From an uncultured Chloroflexia bacterium (GTDB taxonomy: Bacteria > Chloroflexota > Chloroflexia > Thermomicrobiales > CFX8), in NCBI GenBank assembly GCA_963763325.1, contig CAVXOL010000022.1:16737-80736 (forward strand): a stretch of 64,000 nt of DNA, in the 5' to 3' direction. The notes below the pieces were generated by a model that saw nothing but the letters and a program-made list of their open reading frames with translations, did not search any database and was not told the origin of the DNA. Shown piece after piece: positions 42,457 to 53,057 of the stretch (position 1 is its first letter; each line of letters begins with the position of its first letter). A program made the translations under genes and the position numbers.

Positions 42457-44037
42457 TCATGCCTGGCCGGACTTCGTGCGGCGCGGAGGTGTCCATTTGG
42501 GGGTCAGTTGCCGGCGTCGACGGCCGTTGTCGTCGCGCTGTGATTCGTAGCGGTTCATCAGGGGCGTGACAGAGACGCCGTGAACGACGACCGAGACGGT
42601 GATGACGCTCAGGGTCAGCGCGATCAGTGTTTCGGCGTGCTGTGGTTCGAGGCCGTGCTCGATGGCGTACATCAGGTAGTAGATCGAGCCGATGCCGCGG
42701 ACGCCGAACCACGAGATGTAGTGGCGCTGCTGGGCGTCGGTGTGGCTGCCGAAGAGTCCGGCCCAGACTGACGCGGGGCGGATGACGAGCAGCAGCAGCG
42801 GGACGAACCAGATGACATCGCGGGTGAAGAACTCGGGCGAGAGCATCGCGCCGACGAGGACGACCATCCCGAGCGCGCCGATGCGGTCGATCTGCTCGTT
42901 GAACGCGAGGACGGCGGCCGTCATATAGGCCGGTGCCTTTTCAGGATGCGTTGCGTGCTCTTCATCCTCAGCGCGGATGGATACTTGCACGTCTTCGGGT
43001 GCATCTTCGGAGGTAGAGTGGGTGCGTCGATTGACGGCCTCGATCCGCCGGACGGCGAGGCCGGCGGCAAAGACGGCCAGGAAGCCATAGCTGTGCGCCA
43101 GCAGCGCGCCGCCGTAGGAGAGGGCAATCAGGCCGAGCGCCAGAAAATCGTCGGTTCCGACGGCTTCGCGATGGGTCTGACGAAGATAGATGACGAGCCG
43201 TCCGACGAGGGTGCCCGCCAGCGCGCCGATCGCGAGGCCGACCGTGACGGCCCAGACCAGATCGACGGTGACCCAGCGCCAGCCGCCATCGCCCAGCTCG
43301 TGGAGTCCGAGGAGGCCGAGGCCGAGCATGACGAACGGGAAGGCGGTGCCGTCGTTGAGGCCGGCTTCGCTGGTGAGGCTGAAGCGCAGGCGGTCGCGGT
43401 CGCCGGGTTCGCGAACCTGGACATCGGAGGCCAGGACAGGATCGGTTGGGGCGAGGATGGCGCCGAGCAGGATGGCGGCGCCGATGGGCAGACCCAGCCC
43501 AACGACGCCTGCCAGCGCGACCAGCCCGACCGAGATGCTCATCGAGATAAATGCCAGCCGGAGCGGGAGGCGCCACTGCGGATCGCGCAATGGCACGCGT
43601 AGCTTCAGCCCGGCCGTGAAGAGCGAGATGATGATGGCGATCTCGGCGACGCGTTCCAGCAGCGCGGCGTCGTCGATCGGGTCGAGGTCGATCACGCCGA
43701 TGACAGCCGGACCAAGCAGGATGCCGCCGAGGACGTACAGCATCGACGCTGAGAGGGGAATGCGTGACACGATCGAGTTGGTCAGTGCCATACCGACCAG
43801 CAGCAGACCGAGCACGACGAATCCAATACTGACGGTGATGTCCACAATGGCCCTTTGGGACTTCGAATCCATCACGGCGTCGGCGCGTGATGTTTCAGTC
43901 GTGGCGCTCAACGGTGCAGCAGCCGACGTCAGAACGCAGGAATGGTGCCGGGCGGGCATCACGAAGGGCCACGCGGCGATCGCGCGAGTAGCCGCGTGGC
44001 TTTTCCGCGTAGGCGTGGAGCGTGGTTCGCCGTACAT
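42457..44037 (-). CDS. Cation:proton antiporter, CPA1 (NhaP-type Na+/H+ exchanger)
   Basis: 12-13 TM segments. 'FSLTSEAGLNDGTAFPFVMLGL'. The likely true start is the internal 'MDSKSQRAIVDI' at about 43872. Confidence 0.85.
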   Translation of the reverse strand: MYGEPRSTPTRKSHAATRAIAAWPFVMPARHHSCVLTSAAAPLSATTETSRADAVMDSKSQRAIVDITVSIGFVVLGLLLVGMALTNSIVSRIPLSASMLYVLGGILLGPAVIGVIDLDPIDDAALLERVAEIAIIISLFTAGLKLRVPLRDPQWRLPLRLAFISMSISVGLVALAGVVGLGLPIGAAILLGAILAPTDPVLASDVQVREPGDRDRLRFSLTSEAGLNDGTAFPFVMLGLGLLGLHELGDGGWRWVTVDLVWAVTVGLAIGALAGTLVGRLVIYLRQTHREAVGTDDFLALGLIALSYGGALLAHSYGFLAVFAAGLAVRRIEAVNRRTHSTSEDAPEDVQVSIRAEDEEHATHPEKAPAYMTAAVLAFNEQIDRIGALGMVVLVGAMLSPEFFTRDVIWFVPLLLLVIRPASVWAGLFGSHTDAQQRHYISWFGVRGIGSIYYLMYAIEHGLEPQHAETLIALTLSVITVSVVVHGVSVTPLMNRYESQRDDNGRRRRQLTPKWTPPRRTKSGQA

Positions 44038-44049
44038 GATTAAGCGGGT

Positions 44050-45022
44050 CTAGCGCCTCAACAGTTCCCCAGGGCGTGTCGTTAAAATTGACTCTGCCTC
44101 AGCAACGATGCGTCGGACAATGTCGGCGGCTGGCTCGATGCCGTGGACGAGACCGGCGCTGGAGCCTGCCAGAACGCGGGCGGAAGTGGTGTCGCCAGCG
44201 GCAGCGGCGGCGTCGAGTTGTGCGCGTAGCTCCTGCTTCTGTGCGACGACTTCGTCCTCGCGGCCATGCCAGGTTGCGGTGAACTGGTTACGCAGGATGC
44301 GTTCGGCAATCTCTTCGGGGAACGGCGCATCCCGGATGATGTCGTAGACGCGTGTCAGGACGAAGTCATCGGTCCCGGCCTGGACGATCTGCTGCTTGTC
44401 CCATTCCTGGCCGGTGGATTCGACGCTGGCGACAAAGCGGGTTCCCATCCAGACGCCATCGGCGCCGAGCATCAGCATGGCCGCCAGGCCGCGGCCATCG
44501 GCGATGCCACCTGCCGCGACGACGGGGATACCGCCGACGGCATCGATGACGGCTGGAACGAGCGGCAGGGTCGCGCTGACCATGCCGGTGTGGCCGCCTG
44601 CTTCCATCCCCTGGGCCGCGATGACAGCCGCGCCGGCTTGCGCGGCGGCCCGTGCCTGGGCGACGGTCTGTACCTGGACCATCGTCTTGATGCCGAGCGG
44701 CTGCCTCGCGGATGTGCTCGGTGGCGTCCGCGAAGGCATGGCTGATGACCGGGACGCGATGTTCGAGCGCGACATTCATCAGCATGGCGGTATCGGGCGC
44801 GGATGTGATGAATCCGACGCCAAAGGGCCGGTCGGTGTGCTGCCGGACACGGTCGATCTGCTCGCGCAGCCACTCCGGACTCTGCAGGCTTGCGCCGATC
44901 ATGCCGAGACCACCGGCGGCGGAGACGGCCGCAGCGAGGGTGGCGTCGGTACTGCCCGCCATCGGCGCGCTGATGATCGGATACTCGATCCCGAGCAGGT
45001 CACAGAGTCGCGTATGCAGCAT
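44050..45022 (-). pseudogene. Nitronate monooxygenase (NMO/2-nitropropane dioxygenase-like FMN enzyme), single frameshift near 44710
   Basis: 'MLHTRLCDLLGIEYPIISAPMAGSTDATLAAAVSAAGGLGMIG' is in one frame. 'GIKTMVQVQTVAQARAAAQAGAAVIAAQGMEAGGHTG...PVVAAGGIADGRG' is in the next. Confidence 0.8.
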
Positions 45023-45185
45023 GGAATCCTCCTGGCTCGTGTGGTGGCGACGGTTACGGCGCACAATACCACGAGCGGCTCTGGGAGAAGGTGACGGCGC
45101 TACGATAGGGATATTGGCACAGCGGGATGGCGGGGTTGGAGTGCTACACTGGGCGGTAGGAAATACGCGTGGCGAGGGAGCTTCA

Positions 45186-45580
45186 ATGACGCACAATCGC
45201 ATTGCTCCAACTGATCTGGTGTTCGCATTCAGTGCGGAACAGGTGCGGACGCTGACTGGCCTGAGCGATCGGCAGTTGCGCTACTGGGACAAGACGGGCT
45301 TTTTCTCGCCGAGTTATGGGGAGGCCAACCGGCGGCGACCGTTCAGCCGTGTGTACTCATTTCGGGATGTCGTTGGACTACGGACGATAGCGTTGCTGCG
45401 GTCCAGTTGCCGTTGCAGCAGTTGCGAAAGATTGGTGCCTGGCTGGCTGAGAACTACGATGAGCCGTGGTCGAGTTTGCGTTTCACCGTTGCCAGCCGAG
45501 AAGTGTTCTTTCGTGATCCTCAGAGTGGTCGATGGGTGTCAACCCGACCACCCGGCCAAGCGGTCTTGACGACGTACTAA
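45186..45580 (+). pseudogene. MerR-type HTH DNA-binding protein, frameshift near 45405
   Basis: SD 'gagggag' before ATG 45186. 'FSAEQVRTLTGLSDRQLRYWDKTGFFSPSY...RVYSFRDVVGLRTIALLR'. The continuation 'VQLPLQQLRKIGAWLAENYDEPWSSLRFTVASREVFFRDPQSGRW' is in another frame. Confidence 0.55.
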
Positions 45581-46021
45581 TCGGGCGACGAGATGCGGAA
45601 TCGTTTGATAGTACGATGGCGAGTTCGAAGTTCTCCTCGAAGGTATCGATTAGAAGTTGCGTCGCGAGATCGACGTCTGAACCCTTTTCTTCGGTTCGAA
45701 GTACCTCGCGAAGTTGGGGCCACCGGGCGGCTGAGGATTCGCGGGACGCATCCAGTTGGATGTGTCTGGAATGAGCCCGAGGTGGATCGTCAGGTTCGGC
45801 AACGTCCGGATCGCCCGGAAGTAGGTTTCCTGGCGCGCAGCGATGAATGCGTCGTTCGGACGAGGCTTGGCTCGCGCCGTAAAGTAGTGGATCGCCTGAA
45901 TATCGGCATCTTTGACAACGAGTTCAGCCAGTTGCCTGACTTTGAGCCATTTATACGGAGTGTTTCGGACGAGGCAGTGGTAGAGGTGGAATCCATCGAC
46001 ATAGAGGATCGTCTTGCGCAT
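45490..46021 (-). pseudogene. NYN (PIN-like RNase) domain protein, frameshifted; 3' end uncertain
   Basis: ATG 46021: 'MRKTILYVDGFHLYHCLVRNTPYKWLKVRQL...IHYFTARAKP...RQETYFRAIRTLPNLTIHLG'. After a shift it reads 'EKGSDVDLATQLLIDTFEENFELAIVLSNDS'. It sits in a low-GC islet. Confidence 0.65.
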
Positions 46022-46272
46022 CGGTGTTTGAGATGCGGAGCGTCGATGACGGGGGAGTGGCGTGACAAGCTGAGACCGCCTTCCGTAGAAGGCGGTCTCG
46101 CGGCCGGCCGTCGACGCGGCTGGGGTGGTATGACCACATTCTACCATTTTCAAGAATCGTTGACAACTATCTACGCCAAATTTTACCCGATTCTTGTGGG
46201 AGAACGCGGCATCCGCACCGCCGTCGAAGTGCGCGGACGTTTGAGATCGTGTCAGCACTTTGGTGGCGGAAA

Positions 46273-47027
<755 letters not shown>

Positions 47028-47031
<4 letters not shown>

Positions 47032-48159
47032 GAGCTGCCTCCGGCGCGTTCGCTGCGCTCGGTCGTGATATCCAGCTCGGCGGCGCGGCGGGCATCGCTG
47101 ACGGCTTCGACCTCGGCCTGGGCCTGGTCGAGGTGCATCCGCGAGCGTTGCTCGTGGAGGTGCCAGACCTCGCGGCGCAGCTTGGTCCAGAGTTCGCGCA
47201 CCTCTTCGATCCTCATGTCGATCACGTTCAGGCGGTAGGTCAGCTCACGGTCGACATCGATCTGACCGTCGACCCGGCCGTTGATGTGCTCGTAGCGTTG
47301 CTCGGCGATCTGGCGCAGGTCGCGGACCTGGACATCGAGTTGGCGGCGGATCTCGTCGATCCGCTCGCCGAGCAGGTCGTCGCGCTCGTCGGCCTGGACG
47401 ACGTAGCGGTCTATCTCGACCTTGATCGCGCCGTCGATCTCGGCCAGTTGCTCCAGCGCCGGGTCGATGTGGACGATCGAGGCGCGGACATCTTCGATCT
47501 GGCCCTGGAGCTGGTCGAAGACGCCCTTGAAGTCGTCGATCCGGACCGAGAGGTTACGCGTGTCCTGGGTGACTTCGGTGCTACGGCGGCGGACCTCCTG
47601 CTCGAGGATCTTGACGCTGTCCTCGGCCAGTTGCAGCTCGCGGCGCAGCGTTTCGAGGTCGGTGCGCAGCCCCTCGATCGACTCACGGGTGACCTGGGTG
47701 ACGCCGGTGTTGCGCTCGGCGACGGCGGCGATGTGCTCGATGATCGACTTCAGTTCGTCGTAGCGACGCTGCTCGTCGTCGAGTCTCGTCGCGGCCTCGC
47801 CGCAGCGTTTCGATGATCTCGGCGATGTGGGCCTGGAGCGAGCGGATCGGGCGGCTGGTTTCCTCGATCTTGCTGTCCAGCTCGGTCAGTTGCTGGCGGA
47901 CGCGAGAATCCTCGAGGCCGCGCGCCTGGAGCGACTGTGAGACTTCGTGGCGGTGCTGCTCGGTCGAGGTGCGCAGTTGGGAAAGCGCCAGCTCGTACTG
48001 CTTGAAGCCTTCTTCGTTGCGGCTCTGGCGCGCGACGACCTCACGGACCATGCTGCGCATCTCGTCGAGTTGCTGCTGCAGGGTGTTGATCTTCGCCTCG
48101 TCGCGGCGGCGGCGCTCCTCGTCACGGACGTTGTCGCGCATATCGATTCGTCCGCTCAC
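47028..48159 (-). pseudogene. ~376-aa all-coiled-coil protein of unknown function embedded between hisA and hisF; one frameshift near 47800
   Basis: ORF 47683..48159 ('...INTLQQQLDEMRSMVREV...LQAHIAEIIETLR') continues after a 1-nt shift in a frame that is open down to 47028 and contains no ATG/GTG/TTG. That absence explains why the track shows only 47028..47225. 4-nt overlaps with the hisA stop and the hisF start. Confidence 0.6.
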
Positions 48160-48868
48160 GGCTCAATCTGCCATTCATCGCCAGTCAGGACAACATCGCC
48201 GGTGTAGAGCGCCCGGCCGACGATCGCTTCATCGACGCCGGGGATCGTCGCCAGTTGCCGTAGATGCTCCCGCGTCGCGACGCCGCCGGATGCGACGACA
48301 GCCACGCCGAGCGTGCCGATCCGGGCGATCGCGTCGAAGTTGGGCGAGACAAGTGTGCCATCACGGTCGATATCGGTGTAGACGACGCGCCGGATGCCCC
48401 GCTCGCGCATCCCCTCGATCAGCGCCTCGGCGGTGACATCGGATGTCTCGGTCCAGCCGCGGGTGGCGACCAGCCCGTTGCGCGCATCGACGCCGAGGAC
48501 GACTCGCTCCGCCCCGTAGTCCGCCAGCAGGCTATCCGACCAGCTCCGGCTGCTCGATCGCGGCCGTCCCGAGCACGACGCGCTGGACACCGGCGTTGTA
48601 GAGCGCCGCGCCGTGCTCAAGGTGCGGACCCCGCCGCCGACCTGGACCGGGATGTCGAGCGCGGCGACGATTGCGCCGATGACATCGCGCTGGGCTCGGA
48701 CGCCGTCCCGCGCGCCGTCGAGATCGACGACGTGCAGCATCCGCGCACCAGCCGCCTGCCAGCCGCGCGCGACCTCGACCGGATCGTCGGAGAAGACGGT
48801 CTCGCGAGCGTAGTCACCCTGGACGAGGCGGACACAGCGCCCGCCGCGCAGGTCGATGGCGGGGACGA
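48156..48868 (-). pseudogene. hisA: ProFAR isomerase HisA; two compensating frameshifts (~48535 and ~48622) and no canonical start codon as assembled
   Basis: 'VVPAIDLRGGRCVRLVQGDYARETVFSDDPVEVARGWQAAGARMLHVVDLDGA', 'IPVQVGGGVRTL'. Another frame then gives 'EHGAALYNAGVQRVVLGTAAIEQPELV'. Then 'GAERVVLGVDARNG...VVYTDIDRDGT...VVASGGV'. The codon before 'VVPAIDL' is ACG. Confidence 0.85.
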
Positions 48869-48873
48869 CCGTT

Positions 48874-48976
48874 AAACCCCGACCGCCCAGCCCCCTCCCC
48901 TGAAAGGGAGGGGGGCTTGGCCGTAGCGTTGCTCACGCCCCCTCCCTGTAGGGGAGGGGGCTGGGGGGTGGGGTTA
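48874..48976. repeat. C4TC4/G4AG4 nested-palindrome family copy between hisH and hisA
   Basis: Two internal hairpins ('gccccctccc-ctgaaa-gggaggggggc' and 'gccccctccc-tgta-ggggagggggc') sit inside imperfect outer arms 'aaccccgaccgcccagcccc' and 'ggggctggggggtggggtt'. Confidence 0.75.
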
Positions 48977-48984
48977 CTCACGAC

Positions 48985-49658
48985 CTACACCACGACCCGC
49001 GCCGCGCTGGTGCGTTCGACGCCGCCAGCCTCGACGATGCGGGCGAAGTTGGCCAGCAGCCGGAGGCCGAAGGCGCCGCTCTTCTCCGGGTGGAACTGGG
49101 TCGCGATCATGTTGCCGCGTCCGACGACGCAGGCGAAGGGACCGTCGTAGTCGGTCTCGGCCAGGACGTAGGCGGGGTCGGTTGGCGCGCAGTAATAGGA
49201 ATGGACGAAGTAGAACTCGGCGCCGTCGGGGATGTCGTCGAAGAGCGGGTGGTCCTGCGCCGTGGGGCGTCCGCGTGACCTGGTTCCAGCCCATGTGCGG
49301 GACCGGCAGCGTCGTCTCGAAGCGGCGGCCAACGCCGGGGATGACGTCCAGGCAGGGCTGGCCGCCGTTCTCGTCCGACTGAGGACATCAGCGCCTGCAT
49401 GCCCATGCAGATGCCGAGGTAGGGTACGTCACGGGCGATGATGTCAAGGACCGGCTCGACCAGCCCGCGCCGTTCGAGGTTCGTGATCGTGTCCTGGGCC
49501 GCGCCGACTCCCGGCACGATGATGCCGTCCGCACGCCGGACGACGGCGGCGTCGCTCGTCAGCTCAGCCGGGATGCCGAGCGCATCGAGCGCATTGACGA
49601 CGCTCTGGACATTGCCGGCGCCGTAATCGACCACAACGATGTGTGTCTCTGGATTCAT
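48985..49658 (-). pseudogene. hisH: Imidazole glycerol phosphate synthase glutamine amidotransferase subunit HisH, multiply frameshifted
   Basis: 'IVVVDYGAGNVQSVVNALDALG...IIVPGVGAAQDT...[12 protein letters not shown]' is in one frame, 'PHMGWNQV' in a second, and '[20 protein letters not shown]...[20 protein letters not shown]' in a third. Confidence 0.85.
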
Positions 49659-49774
49659 GGAGGTTCAGCCGTCCAATGGTTCGCTGTCACGCGGCGACCG
49701 TGTACGGAGGTAATTGAATCAGGTTTTGGGCTGGGATGTCTCAATCGATCCTTCTTGCGATTTCGTGTGTCGCA

Positions 49775-49869
49775 AACCCCTCCCCACCCCCCCCTGCGAG
49801 GAGAGGGGCTTTGCGCCGCACGACGTCTGATAGCCCCTTCCTTCTCAGGGGAGGGGTTGGGGAGGGGTC
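49775..49869. repeat. C4TC4/G4AG4 nested-palindrome family copy (imperfect arms) between hisH and the deacetylase gene
   Basis: 'aaacccctccccacccccccctgcgaggagaggggcttt' against 'tagccccttccttctcaggggaggggttggggaggggtct'. Confidence 0.75.
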
Positions 49870-49886
49870 TGCGACACATCAAATGT

Positions 49887-50852
49887 TCACGAGGACCGTA
49901 CCGCTGATCCCTCGTCCAACGCCCGCAACACCGCGACAACGCTCTCGCCGAGGGCGCGCAGGTTGTAGCCGCCTTCGAGGATGAGGGCCATCCGGCCGTC
50001 GCAGAGATCTGAGGCCGCATCTTTCAGCAGGCGTGCCCAGGTGGCGAAGGCGTCGGTCGTGACGCGCATCATGGCGAGGGGGTCGTCGGTGTGGGCGTCG
50101 AAGCCGGCTGAGACGAGGATGAGTTGGGGCGCGAAGGCGTGGAGGGCGGGGATGACGGTGTCGGTGAAGCGGGCGAGGTAGACCTCGTCGTTGCTGCCGG
50201 CCGGGAGCGGGATGTTGAGGGTGTAGCCCTCGCCAGAACCGGCGCCACGTTCGGCAGCCGAGCCGCTGCCGGGGTAGAACGGATACTGGTGGAGCGAGAT
50301 GAAGAAGACATCCGGACGACGCCAGAAGGCGGCCTGGGTGCCGTTGCCGTGGTGGACGTCCCAGTCGACGATCGCGACGCGTTCGAGGCCGTGGGTGTTC
50401 AGCGCGTGCTCGGCGGCGATGGCGATGTTGTTGAACAGGCAGAAGCCCATCGACTGGTCTGGTTCGGCATGGTGGCCGGGTGGGCGGACGAAGGCGAACG
50501 CGCGTGGGGCAGCACCGGTCATGACGGTGTCAACCGCCTGGCAGGCGCCACCGGCCGCCAGCAACGCCACCTCATAGGAGTCAGCCGAGACGTAAGTGTC
50601 GGGGTCGAGCCAGGCCCCGCCCTGCCGTGCCGCTCGCTGGACGAGGTCGATGACGTGGGATGCGTGGACGGTGCGGATGGTGTCGAGGTCGGCCGGCTCG
50701 GGAGTCAGGACGGTGCGATCGTCGAACATGCCTGCGGCACGCAGCGCTCGGCCAAGCGCGGCGATTCGCTCCGGCGATTCGGGGTGGGAGCCGGTGTCGT
50801 GGTCCTGATACGTGTCGGACCAGATGATGGCGGTGCGCGCGTCGTAGTTCAT
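49887..50852 (-). CDS. Histone deacetylase-family (AcuC/AphA-like) deacetylase/amidohydrolase
   Basis: 'HPESPERI', 'FAFVRPPGHHA', 'GFCLFNNIAIAA', 'VAIVDWDVHHGNGTQ', 'SAGFDAH', 'EGGYNL'. Confidence 0.85.
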   Translation of the reverse strand: MNYDARTAIIWSDTYQDHDTGSHPESPERIAALGRALRAAGMFDDRTVLTPEPADLDTIRTVHASHVIDLVQRAARQGGAWLDPDTYVSADSYEVALLAAGGACQAVDTVMTGAAPRAFAFVRPPGHHAEPDQSMGFCLFNNIAIAAEHALNTHGLERVAIVDWDVHHGNGTQAAFWRRPDVFFISLHQYPFYPGSGSAAERGAGSGEGYTLNIPLPAGSNDEVYLARFTDTVIPALHAFAPQLILVSAGFDAHTDDPLAMMRVTTDAFATWARLLKDAASDLCDGRMALILEGGYNLRALGESVVAVLRALDEGSAVRSS

Positions 50853-51128
50853 CTGGCGAGTATACGCGCTGATTGGATCGATGCGGCCGGAGACGTGCCA
50901 ACGGCCCCGCAGGTGCGGGACCGCTGGCGTTCGATACGCGCTCTGTGCGAAGTCAGCTGAGCGACTCGGAGAGTTGCTGCGCCTGCTGGATGAGTTGGTC
51001 AGCCGCGTCGCCGTCGATCAGTCCGAAGGCGTCGTAGAGACGGACGTGGAGGATGTACTTTCGTTGCCCAACCGGCGCGGCGCCGGGAAAACAGTGTCGT
51101 GTCAGCTGCGCGTGTTAAGCATCCTAGA

Positions 51129-51971
51129 CTACTTGCCGGTGTTTACGTACTGGATGCAGTCGCCCTGGTTCTTGAAGGCAGACCCATCCGCGCGGACGAC
51201 ATTCTGCCAGCCGCCGTGCTTGCAATCGTCCTTGGTCGTCGCGACCTTGTACGGTTCGAAGTCGTAGGTGACTGAATCGCCGTTCGTCGTTCCGAGGCTG
51301 AGGGCGTCGACCGACGCGGTGAGTGCCGGGTTGCCACTGCCCTGGTTGACACCGAAACCGCCGAGGATTGTCGCATCTGGATTGTTCGCGATGATCTCAT
51401 CCCATGTCTTGTCACAGGATGCGGTCGCACCGGCACATTGGCCGTTGATCGGTTGCGTTGACCACCAGACGCCGGTACCGGAAGCAATCCAATCCTGCCA
51501 TTCGCCGCTGACGACCGGTCCCTGGTCGGTGTTATAGACCGGCTCGAAGACGAGCGTGGAGAAACCACCAGCTGCGTCACCGTTGTAGTCGATCTGGATG
51601 TTCAGCGCGGTTACCTGCTGAGCATTGCCGCTCGTTCGATATGTTGAGTAGCTCATAGCATTGATGTCTGCGAGCAGCGTGCCAACGTGGTCGTAGTTGA
51701 AGAGGAAGACTTTCTCTCCACCTGTAACCGTCGTGAGCTGAAGGCTGCCGACTCCAAGCGGAGGTGTATCAGGGCCGACAATGAATTCGCCAGCAGTTGG
51801 CGGCGTGCCGGTACGGGTGTAGAGCACCCAGTCGTTGGTTGGCGGCGTGTTCTCGACTTGCCGGTCGACGTCGTCTTCGGTGACGACTTCGGGCGTGTTG
51901 GCAGCGGCGACGCTGAGGACGGTCATGCCGAGCAGACCGATGAGGACGAGACTGGTGAAGAGTCGCTTCAC
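51129..51971 (-). CDS. Secreted hypothetical protein with Cys-containing C-terminal motif (low-GC islet)
   Basis: Signal peptide 'MKRLFTSLVLIGLLGMTVLSVAAA'. C-terminus 'KDDCKHGGWQNVVRADGSAFKNQGDCIQYVNTGK'. No enzymatic motif recognised. Confidence 0.6.
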   Translation of the reverse strand: MKRLFTSLVLIGLLGMTVLSVAAANTPEVVTEDDVDRQVENTPPTNDWVLYTRTGTPPTAGEFIVGPDTPPLGVGSLQLTTVTGGEKVFLFNYDHVGTLLADINAMSYSTYRTSGNAQQVTALNIQIDYNGDAAGGFSTLVFEPVYNTDQGPVVSGEWQDWIASGTGVWWSTQPINGQCAGATASCDKTWDEIIANNPDATILGGFGVNQGSGNPALTASVDALSLGTTNGDSVTYDFEPYKVATTKDDCKHGGWQNVVRADGSAFKNQGDCIQYVNTGK

Positions 51972-52252
51972 GTATTCCCCCTACCCCGAATGCGTGGTTC
52001 ACGACACGATGTCGTGGACCTGCACTGGATGCGTACGCGGTCAACCGCAGGTGAGCGTGCAAGCACTCGCTCACCGGTGCACCGCGTGCCGCAGGTACCA
52101 GTACGTTGTTCCTATACCAGGGATCTTACGTCATGCGATCCAGTAATGTCCAGGCGCCATCGTGTGCGAGTAGCAAAGTTGCCAGAGACACGTAATGTGG
52201 GACAAATGGTTTGTGTGAACGACGAAGGACAGGTCGCTCCGAGGCGATCGCT

Positions 52253-53017
52253 TCAGCGGGCTTCGATCAAGCCGCGTTCGATGAGATCGTCGGCCATGCT
52301 GATGGCTCGGTCAGTATCGAGGCCGGCGGCTGCAGCGATGTCAGCGATCGTCGTTGGGCAGGAGATGGCGGCGAGGAAGGTGAACTCTTCCGGGCTGATG
52401 ATGATGTCGCCGCGCGCCCAGACACCGCCGGAGAGGACGACGCTGGTCTCGGCTGCGATCGCGCCGCGCTTGCGACGGAGGCCAGGGTCGAAGAGCAGCC
52501 GCTCACCGACGTTGGCGAGTCGTGATGCGGCTGAATAGAGGGCTGACTCCATGTCGGAGCGGACATCTCCGGCGAACTCGATGACGCCAATCAGTCGGTC
52601 CTGGCAGACGATCGGGATGCCGAGGTAGCTCTTGAGGGCGATTGGCCGCAGCCCGCTGCCGTCGATCTTCGAGATTCTCGGGCGGGTGACGATCAGCGGC
52701 TGACGGCTGAGCCCGACCGTGTATGCCATCGCGATCTCGGCCTGGTCGGCCATGTGGGTCAGGACCGAGCCGCTCTGGCGGGTGTAGATGATCCAGGCTC
52801 CGGTTTCGAGCGGGCGGATGAAGCGCGCTCGGGAAGCGCCGAACAGCTCAGCGCACCAGTTGAGCGTCTGGGCGATGAACTCTTCCTGGGTCTCGGCAAG
52901 ATCCTGGTCGAAGGCGGGCATCGCATCGCCGAGGTGGGTCGGGCCGAACGCGAACTCGAACGGCTGGATCTCCGCCTCCGGGGGCTCCGGCAGGTTGGTT
53001 GTCAGCGGCTTGCTCAT
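52253..53017 (-). CDS. GAF-like domain protein with C-terminal winged-helix-like segment
   Basis: Central 'LKSYLGIPIVCQDRLIGVIEFAG' is a GAF-like core. C-terminus 'SPEEFTFLAAISCPTTIADIAAAAGLDTDRAISMADDLIERGLIEA' resembles a wHTH/DUF742-type tail. Confidence 0.6.
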   Translation of the reverse strand: MSKPLTTNLPEPPEAEIQPFEFAFGPTHLGDAMPAFDQDLAETQEEFIAQTLNWCAELFGASRARFIRPLETGAWIIYTRQSGSVLTHMADQAEIAMAYTVGLSRQPLIVTRPRISKIDGSGLRPIALKSYLGIPIVCQDRLIGVIEFAGDVRSDMESALYSAASRLANVGERLLFDPGLRRKRGAIAAETSVVLSGGVWARGDIIISPEEFTFLAAISCPTTIADIAAAAGLDTDRAISMADDLIERGLIEAR

Positions 53018-53057
53018 GCCGGTTGTCGCTCCATGCGCTCGGTCCGCGAACGCTCGG

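Noticed and set aside
50955-51110. Short minus-strand reading frame ending 'KYILHVRLYDAFGLIDGDAADQLIQQAQQLSESLS*', reminiscent of the C-terminus of four-helix-bundle (23S rRNA IVS-type) proteins
   Set aside because: It is only about 50 codons, has no start codon and has stops immediately upstream. At best it is a gene remnant, which is too weak to call.
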